NCBI GenBank assembly: GCA_965219955.1
Contig: OZ244799.1
Span: 3,456,001-3,520,000, forward strand
Length of the DNA: 64,000 bases
Direction of reading: 5' to 3'
Source of the DNA: a bacterium
GTDB taxonomy: Bacteria; UBA8248
This document shows, piece by piece, positions 18,616-26,911 of the stretch. Positions within the stretch are counted from its first letter, which is position 1. Every line of letters begins with the position of its first letter. Both the position numbers and the translations under genes were made by a program. The notes under the pieces are model-generated. The model had not been told where the DNA came from. It worked only from the letters and a program-made list of their open reading frames with translations, and did not search any database.

Positions 18616-19068
18616 ATGGCTGAAAACGGAAACGTCACCTTCATCTGCCCCGCGTGCGGAAAAACCGAACTGCCGTTAGGCGACTCGGATGATCCGAACG
18701 ACATCCTCTACATCCAGCTCGCCGAGATGGACACCTGCGACGAGGCGCAGACGGCGCAGTTCATATACGGCGACTCGTTCACCAAGGGCTTCGGCGGCTT
18801 TGTGCGCGACGTGGACGCGGAAGGCGAGGAGCGCGTGCGGTGGGTCCCCCCGAGGGCGGTGGTGGCCTATCACTTCGCGAGAAACGAGGAGCGAATCGGC
18901 CATGCGGAGCCCATGGGCGACTTCTACCCCCAGCCGCTCTACCGCAACCTCTCGAAGGGCGACGGAATCGAGAACATCTACGTCGCCATGGCGTTCCTGC
19001 CCCACAACGAGTCCATGACGCCCGAGATGCGCGCGCGGGGAGAAGCCCTCGCCAAGTCTTTGGGGTAG
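18616..19068 (+). CDS. Hypothetical protein with an N-terminal CxxC
   Basis: AGGAA RBS, host-like codon usage and CPAC near the N-terminus. No family recognised. Confidence 0.6.
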   Translation: MAENGNVTFICPACGKTELPLGDSDDPNDILYIQLAEMDTCDEAQTAQFIYGDSFTKGFGGFVRDVDAEGEERVRWVPPRAVVAYHFARNEERIGHAEPMGDFYPQPLYRNLSKGDGIENIYVAMAFLPHNESMTPEMRARGEALAKSLG

Positions 19069-19092
19069 GGGGTTTGGATAATCCGGTTTCCC

Positions 19093-19426
19093 AGGGGCGG
19101 CCACAGGGGGCCGCCCCTACTTCGTGAAGCGCCCGTTTCTTAGCGATGGGCCACTCACGAACGTGCGGATTTTATCGTCATTCCGGCGAATGCCGGAATC
19201 CAGAACCGGGCAGAAACGCGATGTTACGGCTTTTCATTCTCCTCTCATCTGCAGGAATCCAAAAGAAAATATAGACAAAGGCAAAACCCCTGGATTCCGC
19301 CTTGGCGAAGGGAATGTAGGGGCCGCATATATGCGGCCCGTCGTTGGGAGGCAAAAAGGCCGGGTCGCATATATGCGACCCCTACACACAAGAGCTCCGC
19401 CCGATGGAGGCTTTTGAAACAACCCC
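19093..19426. repeat. REP/MITE-like repeat cluster
   Basis: ggggcggcc..ggccgcccctac, cgtcattccggcgaatgccggaatccag, gtaggggccgcatatatgcggccc / gggtcgcatatatgcgacccctac, and a TIR-like ggcttttgaaacaacccc. Confidence 0.65.
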
Positions 19427-19438
19427 TTCAAGGGGCGG

Positions 19439-19690
19439 CTACTCCCCGCCCAGCAGGCGGTTGTAGATCCACGCCAGGATGGTGAAGAAGAAAAGACCTA
19501 CCGCGAACCCCCAGGCCGCGCCGATGATCGCGCCCGGATAGGTGGGGGAAACGCCCGGATAGAAATCGCCTATCACCTTCAGCATACCCCCGCCCACGCC
19601 GAACAGCGCGCCCGCAAGGGCGTAGAGAAAAAACACGGCCCCGTAGACGATGCCGGCGGCCAGTCCGAATTTCACGGCGTCGAGTTTCAC
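19439..19690 (-). CDS. Small two-TM membrane protein (holin-annotated / DUF5676-like family)
   Basis: MKLDAVKFGLAAG...YPG...GAIIGAAWGF...AWIYNRL pattern with two hydrophobic segments. Confidence 0.7.
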   Translation of the reverse strand: MKLDAVKFGLAAGIVYGAVFFLYALAGALFGVGGGMLKVIGDFYPGVSPTYPGAIIGAAWGFAVGLFFFTILAWIYNRLLGGE

Positions 19691-19850
19691 GTCGAATCTC
19701 CCGGCGGCATGGAAATACGCTCCTACATACGCTATTCAATATAGGCTCCAGGAAACATTCCGGCAAAACCACCCGCGAGCCCCCGGAGGGGGCCGTTCGC
19801 AATCATCCAGGATGGGCGCATCGTCCGTCCCCAGACAGGAGGTCGGTTTG

Positions 19851-20228
19851 ATGAGTGAAGAAACACGCCTCGAGAGAGGACTCAAAACCCGCGCGAGAAT
19901 CTTCGGCGAAGAGGGAGAAGAGAGGCGGCAGGCGTTCGCGGAGGCGAGCCCCGCGTTCGCGCAGTTCGTCACCGAAACCGTGTACGGCGATCTCTACGCG
20001 CGCGACGGCATCGACGACAAGACCCGCGAGACCGTCATCCTCTCCGTCCTGTGCGCCCTGGGCCGGGACAGGGAGTTCGGCTACCACGCCAAGGCGGCGC
20101 TTCGCATCGGCATGACGAAAGAGGAGATCCAGGAGATCATCATGGTGTGCGCGATCTACGCGGGCGCGCCCAACGCCGTGGGCGCGACGGATGTATCGCT
20201 GCAGGTGTTCAAGGAGTTCGGCGTCTAG
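19851..20228 (+). CDS. Carboxymuconolactone decarboxylase family protein
   Basis: YGDLYARDGIDDKTRETVILSVL...HAKAALRIGMTKEEIQE...IYAGAP. GGAGG RBS. Confidence 0.88.
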   Translation: MSEETRLERGLKTRARIFGEEGEERRQAFAEASPAFAQFVTETVYGDLYARDGIDDKTRETVILSVLCALGRDREFGYHAKAALRIGMTKEEIQEIIMVCAIYAGAPNAVGATDVSLQVFKEFGV

Positions 20229-20231
20229 GCG

Positions 20232-21386
20232 CTAGCCTTTCTTGAACTCGTTGAAGATATCGATCCAGGCCTTCTCCTCCTGCCGAACGGGGAGGTCGCG
20301 GGCGGTGCTGCGCTCGATCAGCGTCTCCACCCGCATCCGGCTGCTGTCGTCGGGGTCGGGGTAGTAGCCCATGAGCCGGTTCTGCGCCTCGCTCCAGTGC
20401 CCGGCGACCTTCAGGTTCGGGCCGCGGGACTTGAACGCCCTGGCGAAACCGATCCTGGCCTGGACGCGGGCCTGACTCGTATACCTGATCCACTCGAGCG
20501 CGAGTTCCTTGTTCCTGCTTTGCCTGCACACGGTGGCGACTTCCTGCCAGCGAATGCCGCCCTGCTTCGGAATCGTCGCCTCGAAGTTCGTGTGGCCGGC
20601 GATCTTCAGATCGATATCGAGATCGCCAATCATGGCGGCGGAGACGCCGCCGTCGATCATCGCCCGCACGACGGGCCGGGAAGAGGCGCCCAACATGCCG
20701 AGGTGAGGCCTGAGCCTGAGCAGCCACGCCCTGACCGCGCCCAATTGCCCGTCGCTCAGGTCGTAGGGGTTTTCCTTGTTGGGATGAACCGCGAGGCTCG
20801 CATTGCCCATGTTCGGCAGGTACCAGTCCAGAACGCCGATCCTGCCGGCGAACTTCGGCAGAAACAGTGAATTCCAGTCTTCGCTCTCCTCCCGGCTCAT
20901 ATGATCCGAGTTGTAGGAGATGGCGTAGAAACCGAAGCGCGTGGGCGTGCCCCAGACTTTTCCGCCGCCCGCCCGGAGTTGGCGCATGTCCGTGAACTCG
21001 GGATGGTAGTTGGCGAGCTCGGGCACGTCTGCGGGACTATAGGGCTCAAGCGCGTCGACGGCGGTGAGCTTGCGCACGTATTCGGCGTCGAGAAGCACGC
21101 TGTCGTAGGTTCCGCGCGGCGCGCGTTGGAAGAGTTGGAGCATCTGCTCGCCGCCGATGTAGGTTTTGAAATCGACCCTGACGCCGTGCGTCTCCTCGAA
21201 CTCCTGCGCGACGCCCTTTTCCTCGTAGCCCGGCCACGCCAGCACCCGCAGCCGGTCTGCGGCGCGCGCGCTGCGCGAAAAGACGGTGAGCGCACCCGCC
21301 GCCGCAGCGCCTGCCTTCAGAAAGGTCCGCCGACTCAATCCGTGGCCGGGACGATCTTTCTTTTTCCGCCGGTTGGCGTCTCCCAT
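20232..21386 (-). CDS. Tat-exported PotD/PotF-like ABC substrate-binding protein
   Basis: SRRTFLK Tat motif, LRVLAWPGY...FEETHGVRV, IPKQGGIRW. Confidence 0.8.
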   Translation of the reverse strand: MGDANRRKKKDRPGHGLSRRTFLKAGAAAAGALTVFSRSARAADRLRVLAWPGYEEKGVAQEFEETHGVRVDFKTYIGGEQMLQLFQRAPRGTYDSVLLDAEYVRKLTAVDALEPYSPADVPELANYHPEFTDMRQLRAGGGKVWGTPTRFGFYAISYNSDHMSREESEDWNSLFLPKFAGRIGVLDWYLPNMGNASLAVHPNKENPYDLSDGQLGAVRAWLLRLRPHLGMLGASSRPVVRAMIDGGVSAAMIGDLDIDLKIAGHTNFEATIPKQGGIRWQEVATVCRQSRNKELALEWIRYTSQARVQARIGFARAFKSRGPNLKVAGHWSEAQNRLMGYYPDPDDSSRMRVETLIERSTARDLPVRQEEKAWIDIFNEFKKG

Positions 21387-21434
21387 CGAAACCTCCTTCT
21401 TATCGTCGATGCGCCATCATGGCGCTGCCGGTCC

Positions 21435-22466
21435 CTAGTCGGGGCCGAGGACGTCCCGGATCTTCCCGGCGAGCGCGGCCGTGATGAGCCTCGCCGCCTC
21501 CTCTAAAGGGGGCCGCATGCGCGCGCCCGCCGCGAAGGCGTGGCCGCCGCCGCCGAAGGTGCGCGCGACGTCATGTATCTCCACCCGGCCCTTCGAGCGC
21601 AGGCTCACGCGGATGCGCCCGTTCTCGAGTTCGGACAAAAAGGCGATGACCTCAACGGACTCTATCGAGCGGGGAACCGAAATGTATTCCTCCGTCTCGG
21701 AGCGCGAGACGCCGAAGCGGTCGAGTTCCTGCGCGCTCAGGGTGAACCAGGCGAGGCGTCCCCCGCAGTCGAGCGCCATGCGGCTCATCAGCGTGCCCAG
21801 CAGCTTCACCGAGCCCGCGCCGTTCGATTCCCAGAAGATCGAGTAAGCCTCCCCGGGGCTGGCTCCGAGCTCCACCAGGCGCGCCGCCCAGTTCAGCGTG
21901 CGCTTCGACGTGTTCGTGAAGCGGAACTGGCCCGTGTCGTAGACGAGGGCCGCCATGAGCGCGCGGGTGACGAGCAGGTCGTCGAACGAATAGCCCTCCT
22001 CGTCCAGATAATCCGCGATCATCTCGCCCACCGCGGCGGCTTGCGCGTCGATGACGGAGGGGCAGTCGATGTTGTCTTCTTCCCTGATATGGTGATCCAC
22101 GACGGCCAAGGGAAGGCCGCTGGCCATGAGCGGCTCCTCGAGCCTGCCCAGGCGGCTCGCCTTGCCCGTGTCGAGGATGAGGCAGGCATCGAAGCGCCCC
22201 GCCCAGTCTTCCTGCGCGAGAAGATCCTTCCGCGAGCGCACGAGGCCCTCCGGGTCGAAGGGCGCGGCGAAGACGGGAACCTTGTCCTCGGTGACGACGG
22301 TGGCGTGTTTGCCGACCGCCTTCAGGTAGCGGCTGAGGGCGACGCAGGCCAGGAGGCCGTCGCCGTCCGGCCCGACGTGGGTGATGAGCAAAAAGCGCTC
22401 GTGCTGTTCGAGGAAATCTCTCAGGGGCTGAAACCGGCTCGGGCTTTCACTTGTTTCCGTGCTCAT
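21435..22466 (-). CDS. nrnA: DHH-family bifunctional oligoribonuclease/PAP phosphatase
   Basis: THVGPDGD, VDHH, DTGQFRF, SLRSK, GGGGHAFAAG. Confidence 0.88.
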   Translation of the reverse strand: MSTETSESPSRFQPLRDFLEQHERFLLITHVGPDGDGLLACVALSRYLKAVGKHATVVTEDKVPVFAAPFDPEGLVRSRKDLLAQEDWAGRFDACLILDTGKASRLGRLEEPLMASGLPLAVVDHHIREEDNIDCPSVIDAQAAAVGEMIADYLDEEGYSFDDLLVTRALMAALVYDTGQFRFTNTSKRTLNWAARLVELGASPGEAYSIFWESNGAGSVKLLGTLMSRMALDCGGRLAWFTLSAQELDRFGVSRSETEEYISVPRSIESVEVIAFLSELENGRIRVSLRSKGRVEIHDVARTFGGGGHAFAAGARMRPPLEEAARLITAALAGKIRDVLGPD

Positions 22467-23635
22467 CAGGAAGTATCGAGGCTCACGCGGTGGATCTGGC
22501 GCAGAACGTAGCTTCTGATCTCTTTAGCGGTTGGGCTCGGGGCGGTGCGCACGCCGCCGGTAATCACGCCTGCGAGCAGTTGCTCCACCACCCCGCCGCA
22601 CGACGCGCAATCGCCGTAGGGCTTGTCGATGGGGATGACGCGCTCCGCCCCGCAGTCGCGGCAGCGCAGCAGGTGCTTGGCGCCCGGTCGCTTGCCGCGC
22701 TTGGCGATAGCCTCGCCGTCCACCTCGACGATGTCCATCGAAAAATCGATCGTGGCCGCGGCGCTGACGGACGTGCCCACGCCGTAGCCGCCGTCCACCA
22801 CGGGGTTGAGCTCCAGAATCTTCTCCTCGCTCAATCCCCCGCTCACGAAGAGCTTCACGTGCGGGAAGCCCGCCCGGTCGAGCTCCCAGCGGATTTCCTC
22901 CAGAATCTCGTAGAGGTTTCCCCGCCTGGAAGCCGGCGTATCCACCCGCACGGCCGAGAGGCGATCCGTCAGCGCGCGCGCCGCCTCCAGGGTTTCGAAC
23001 CGCTCATCGGCGAAGGTGTCCACCAACGCGACGCGGCCCACCTCCGGCTCGATAACTTCGTCGAACGCCTTCGCCGCGGGGACGAGGCCGCCCATGAGGA
23101 TCACCAGCGCGTGGGGCATCGTGCCCGCCGCCGGTATCTCCAGAAGCTCGGCGCCCTTGACGAGGGCGACGCCGTCGCAGCCGCCGACGTAGGCCGCGCG
23201 CTCGACCATCGGCGCGATGGCGGGGTGCATCCTCCGCGCGCCGAAACTCACGAGCTGCCTGCCCTCCGCCGCGATGCGGCAACGCGCCGCCTTGGTGGCG
23301 ACCCCGCTCGCCTGGCACATCAGCCCCAGGATGGGGGTCTCCAGCCTGCAGAAATCGTTGTAGGTCCCCGTAATTTCCAGAACGGGCTGGGAGGGCCTGA
23401 AAACCGTTCCCTCGGGCACCGCGCGAACGTCCACCGGGAATCCTTCGAGCAATCGCAGGATTTCCTCCAGGCCCGTGAACACGCCCCAGCCCGAGGGGAG
23501 GGACTTGGCCGCGAATTCCGCGCGCACGTTCTTCCTGATGCCTTTTGCTTCGAGAATCTTGAGGGTGCGCTCGAAATAGACGTCCGTCACCTTGCCGGAG
23601 CGGATGTCGTCGAAATCGGCGGTGAAAAGACGCAA
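22466..23635 (-). CDS. pncB: Nicotinate phosphoribosyltransferase (short, archaeal-like type)
   Basis: TDVYF, SFGARRMHP, GTMPHA, VRVDTP, SGGL, GVGT, and a C-terminal CxxC...CxxC. Confidence 0.88.
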   Translation of the reverse strand: MRLFTADFDDIRSGKVTDVYFERTLKILEAKGIRKNVRAEFAAKSLPSGWGVFTGLEEILRLLEGFPVDVRAVPEGTVFRPSQPVLEITGTYNDFCRLETPILGLMCQASGVATKAARCRIAAEGRQLVSFGARRMHPAIAPMVERAAYVGGCDGVALVKGAELLEIPAAGTMPHALVILMGGLVPAAKAFDEVIEPEVGRVALVDTFADERFETLEAARALTDRLSAVRVDTPASRRGNLYEILEEIRWELDRAGFPHVKLFVSGGLSEEKILELNPVVDGGYGVGTSVSAAATIDFSMDIVEVDGEAIAKRGKRPGAKHLLRCRDCGAERVIPIDKPYGDCASCGGVVEQLLAGVITGGVRTAPSPTAKEIRSYVLRQIHRVSLDTS

Positions 23636-23660
23636 AAGAAGATTCCGCCAGGGAGACCCG

Positions 23661-24215
23661 CTATTCGGCGGGCGCCGTCTCGGCGGGAGTCTCGGGCTCG
23701 GGCCGCATGTCCGCTTCCTCGTTCCTCAAGCCGAACAGCTTGCCCCAGGGCCTGGGGCCGGTGTAGTTCACCTCTTTCTCCCAGACGTCGTAGAGGCGCT
23801 CTTTCTCGTAGACGAGATCGTCGCGGAAATAGCCGGTCGTCTCGTACTGGTGGGTGTGGACGATGGATTTGGGCGTCGTGGGGCACGCCTCCGTGCAGAG
23901 CCCGCAGTACATGCACCGCATGTAGTCGATGTAGAACTCCTTGGCGTACATCTCGCGGCCCTTGCCCGCCGTGACGATGGTGATGCAGTCGACCGGACAG
24001 GCCTTCTCGCAGTTCAGGCAGCCGATGCAGAGCTCCTCGCCCGTCTTGAAGTCGCGCGTGAGTCCCAGAAACCCGCGAAAACGCTCGGGCGGCTCCCAGC
24101 GCTCCGTCGGGTATTGAAGCGTGACGGGCTTTTTGAACATATGCCGCAGCGTGGCGGACATGCCCTTCACGATGTCCCAGAGAAAGAACTTCTGTATACC
24201 CCTGGTGAACTCCAT
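23661..24215 (-). CDS. nuoI: NADH-quinone oxidoreductase subunit I
   Basis: KPVTLQYP, RFRG, CIGCLNCEKACP, CMYCGLCTEACP. Confidence 0.88.
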   Translation of the reverse strand: MEFTRGIQKFFLWDIVKGMSATLRHMFKKPVTLQYPTERWEPPERFRGFLGLTRDFKTGEELCIGCLNCEKACPVDCITIVTAGKGREMYAKEFYIDYMRCMYCGLCTEACPTTPKSIVHTHQYETTGYFRDDLVYEKERLYDVWEKEVNYTGPRPWGKLFGLRNEEADMRPEPETPAETAPAE

Positions 24216-24237
24216 TCCCCTCTCCTCGCCTTGTGCT

Positions 24238-25194
24238 CTAGGAAGCCGCCGCCGCGGCCTTCTTGGCCTCTTCCTGGGCTTCGAGATATTTCTCCGCCGC
24301 CACCGCCGCCGTCGTCGCGTCGCCCGACGCGTTGGTGATCTGGCGGATCAACTGGCTTCTGCAGTCACCGGCCACGAACAGGCCCGGAACGTTCGTCTCC
24401 ATGTTCTGGTCCGTGAGGATGAAGCCTACGTCGTCTTTTTCCACGTGATCTTTTATCAAATCCGTGTTCGGAATAAAACCGATGAAGACGAACAGGCCCG
24501 TGGCGTCGAGCTCTTTCGTATCGCCGGTCTTCACGTTCTTGATGCGCAGCTTCTTCATCTCCCGGTCGTCGCCCACGACTTCTTCGGCCACGTAGTCGGT
24601 GATGATCTCGACTTTCGGGTTCTCGCGAATCTTGTCCACCAGGACCGCATGTGCGCGGAACTGGTCGCGGCGGTGGATGATGTAGACCTTCGTGCCGAAC
24701 TTCGTGAGGAACTGGCCCTCTTCCACGGCGCTGTTCCCGCCGCCCACGACGGTGATGACCTCATCCTGAAAGAACGCGCCGTCGCAGAGCGCGCAGTAGC
24801 TCACGCCCTTGCCGGCGTATTTCTCCTCGCCCGGAATGCCCAGTTTTCTCGGATAGCCGCCGGGGGTGTAGATCACCGCCCCGCAGCGGCGCTCGCCCAT
24901 GTCGGTGACGACGAGGAAGTCATCCCCGTCCTTCCTCACTTCCGAGACTTCTTCCATCTCGATCTTGAGGCCGAACTTCATGGCGTGATCGGTGAACTTG
25001 GCCGCCAGCTCCTGGCCGCCGACCAGTTCGAAGCCCGGGTAGTCCTCTACGTGCTCTGTGTTGAGAATCTCGCCGCCGGGCGCGAGCTTTTCATAGCAGA
25101 CCACGTTCAGTTTCGAACGCGCCGTATAAAGCCCCGCCGTCAGCCCGGCCGGCCCCGCCCCGATGATGATGATGTCGAAATCACGCTCAGCCAC
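24238..25194 (-). CDS. trxB: Thioredoxin-disulfide reductase
   Basis: GAGPAGLTA, GVSYCALCDG, GGGNSAVEEG, HRRDQFRA, GLFVAGD. Confidence 0.95.
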   Translation of the reverse strand: MAERDFDIIIIGAGPAGLTAGLYTARSKLNVVCYEKLAPGGEILNTEHVEDYPGFELVGGQELAAKFTDHAMKFGLKIEMEEVSEVRKDGDDFLVVTDMGERRCGAVIYTPGGYPRKLGIPGEEKYAGKGVSYCALCDGAFFQDEVITVVGGGNSAVEEGQFLTKFGTKVYIIHRRDQFRAHAVLVDKIRENPKVEIITDYVAEEVVGDDREMKKLRIKNVKTGDTKELDATGLFVFIGFIPNTDLIKDHVEKDDVGFILTDQNMETNVPGLFVAGDCRSQLIRQITNASGDATTAAVAAEKYLEAQEEAKKAAAAAS

Positions 25195-25248
25195 TATGAA
25201 TCTCCAGAATTAAGGAAATGGGATTATATACAATGTTGTTCCGAATGA

Positions 25249-25752
25249 CTAACCGGTCACGCCCGCATATGCCTCATCTATAGTCATTCTGTTTTGAAGG
25301 AGCGGCAGAAGGAAACCACGCGCCTCCCGCACATGCGCCTTGCCTTTTTGAGGCGTGGCGAAATAGATGCTCGCATGTCCGGGATTGTCTTCCGTGGCCG
25401 TATCAACGACGACAAACGCCCTTTCGTCGTCTAGAAAAATCTGGCGAACCGCCAGAGTCTTTAATCTGGACACGCCTTCACTCGTCCAGGGTTCTTTCCT
25501 CTTTCTCGACAATCTCGTCTGTATGGATTTTTCCACGAATTCCTTTGAAACATGCTCTATTCTATGAACGGAAAAGCCGTCTGCAACCAGTTCATTCACC
25601 GAAATTGCTCTTTCGATAACTTTCCCTTCTTCGTTGATATGTTGCGGATTGAACATTTCCCGAATCAGGTGTTCCTCGTCTTCAACGATTCCGGGAGAAA
25701 TCCCGGGCGCGGCGCTTTTCGACTCATCGAGGTGCAATGTCGGGGGCGGCAA
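25249..25752 (-). CDS. Hypothetical protein, possible ADP-ribosyltransferase/RES-like fold
   Basis: AT-richer than its flanks. LIRE...GFSVHR...DTATEDNPGHASI has R/S/H spacing reminiscent of ART-fold toxins. The fold call is inference. Confidence 0.55.
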   Translation of the reverse strand: MPPPTLHLDESKSAAPGISPGIVEDEEHLIREMFNPQHINEEGKVIERAISVNELVADGFSVHRIEHVSKEFVEKSIQTRLSRKRKEPWTSEGVSRLKTLAVRQIFLDDERAFVVVDTATEDNPGHASIYFATPQKGKAHVREARGFLLPLLQNRMTIDEAYAGVTG

Positions 25753-25759
25753 CGTCTTG

Positions 25760-26152
25760 TCAGTTCTTGAACAATGCTAGAATTTCACCGGGAAAATCAT
25801 CCGATACGAGAGCATCCTCTTCATAAATTTTATTCCCAGATTTTCCGCGCGCAAAATAAGAGTAGGCGCCCGTCCCGTAAAATCCCAGATCGACGTGAAC
25901 ACCATTTTCTTTCCATAGAAAATTCACTTCCCCGTCGTCCGCCAGCCCCATGTTTGGCATGGGAATCGAATCCAGCGGCAGTTTGTGGATGAAAATCTCC
26001 GCATCCCGAAATGCTTGTGGTTTCGGCCACGTTGCGCCAGGCCAGCGCTCCTCCTCGGGAGTTTTCTCAAACTCCTTCAACTGCGCGAGCAAATCCCGAT
26101 TCAACGTATCGTCGCGTTTCGGATGGACGGCGGTTTGGGGTTGAGAAGCCAT
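25760..26152 (-). CDS. Hypothetical protein, possible partner/antitoxin of the downstream ORF
   Basis: AAGGAG RBS and a W.GA..P...A..DA..F...LP....P......DGEVNF.W pattern. It ends 7 bp before the next ORF. Confidence 0.6.
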   Translation of the reverse strand: MASQPQTAVHPKRDDTLNRDLLAQLKEFEKTPEEERWPGATWPKPQAFRDAEIFIHKLPLDSIPMPNMGLADDGEVNFLWKENGVHVDLGFYGTGAYSYFARGKSGNKIYEEDALVSDDFPGEILALFKN

Positions 26153-26292
26153 CAGGTACTCCTTTGCGCTTCATCTACCTGGATGCGCTCTCCATGAGCG
26201 CAATAACACTCTATCAAACAATCCATTGCGAAGAAAACAGGCCCCCATTGCTTGTCCTCCGCTCATTTTTCCGCGCCCCATCCGCCCTTTAC

Positions 26293-26478
26293 GGGGCTGT
26301 TGAAAAAGCTCTCTCCGCCTCATCCTGAGTAGCGGCGAAGCCGCGTATCGAAGGATGCTCTCTCGCCACGGCGCGAGCCCCTCGCCCTTCGATACGCCGC
26401 CTTCGGCGGCTACTCAGGGTGAGGAAAGAGGCGTCGGCAGTTTCCAGGGGTCGCAGACGGGGCTTTTTCAACAACCCC
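26293..26478. mobile_element. MITE-like element with GGGG(C/T)TGTTGAAAAAGC terminal inverted repeats
   Basis: ggggctgttgaaaaagc / gctttttcaacaacccc, enclosing two inverted CTTCGATACG...CTACTCAGG units. Confidence 0.7.
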
Positions 26479-26581
26479 TTTATAACTGTGATCGAGGGAA
26501 CGAACGCGCTGCATTCCTTTTCAAGGCGGCGTCTTCAGAATTGCCCGCAACCGGGGCAGGAGAGCGCCTTTCGCCTCTCGC

Positions 26582-26827
26582 TCACGCGGCGAGCCCCAAA
26601 AGTTCCTGGAGCTTCGCCCTGTCGAAGCCGACCACCTTCTCCTCGCCGATGAAAATCACGGGCGTCGCCCGCATGCTCGCCCGCTGGAAGAGTTCTTCGA
26701 GAGCCTCTTCGTCCTGGTCGACGAGTTTTTCCGTGTACGCCACGCCATGATGGGAAAGAAACTCTTTCACCGCCTTGCACGGCGCTCAGAACGTGGATGA
26801 ATAAACCGTCACTTCCAAATCGGACAT
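26582..26827 (-). CDS. Glutaredoxin/NrdH-like selenoprotein (UxxC), 81 aa
   Basis: From ATG 26827 (AGGGAGG RBS): MSDLEVTVYSSTF-TGA-APCKAVKEFLSHHGVAY...ATPVIFIGEEKVVGFD. The in-frame TGA (26786-26788) sits at the first Cys of the CxxC, followed by a SECIS-like hairpin. Confidence 0.88.
26744..26783 (-). promoter_or_regulatory. Bacterial SECIS element
   Basis: Lower stem GCCGUG/CAUGGC. Upper stem GG(U bulge)GAAAGA-GUU-UCUUUCCC, with the apical loop about 23 nt downstream of the UGA. Confidence 0.75.
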
Positions 26828-26911
26828 CGGTGACCTCCCTGGAAACCTGTGGTATCTGCCCGGCGGCAAGTCGCGCTCCATAATCAATATCGCTTCAGGC
26901 GAAAATCTTCG

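Noticed and set aside
19439-19690. Holin-like gene as evidence of a prophage
   Set aside because: No endolysin, integrase or structural phage genes are nearby, and this small membrane family is common outside prophages.
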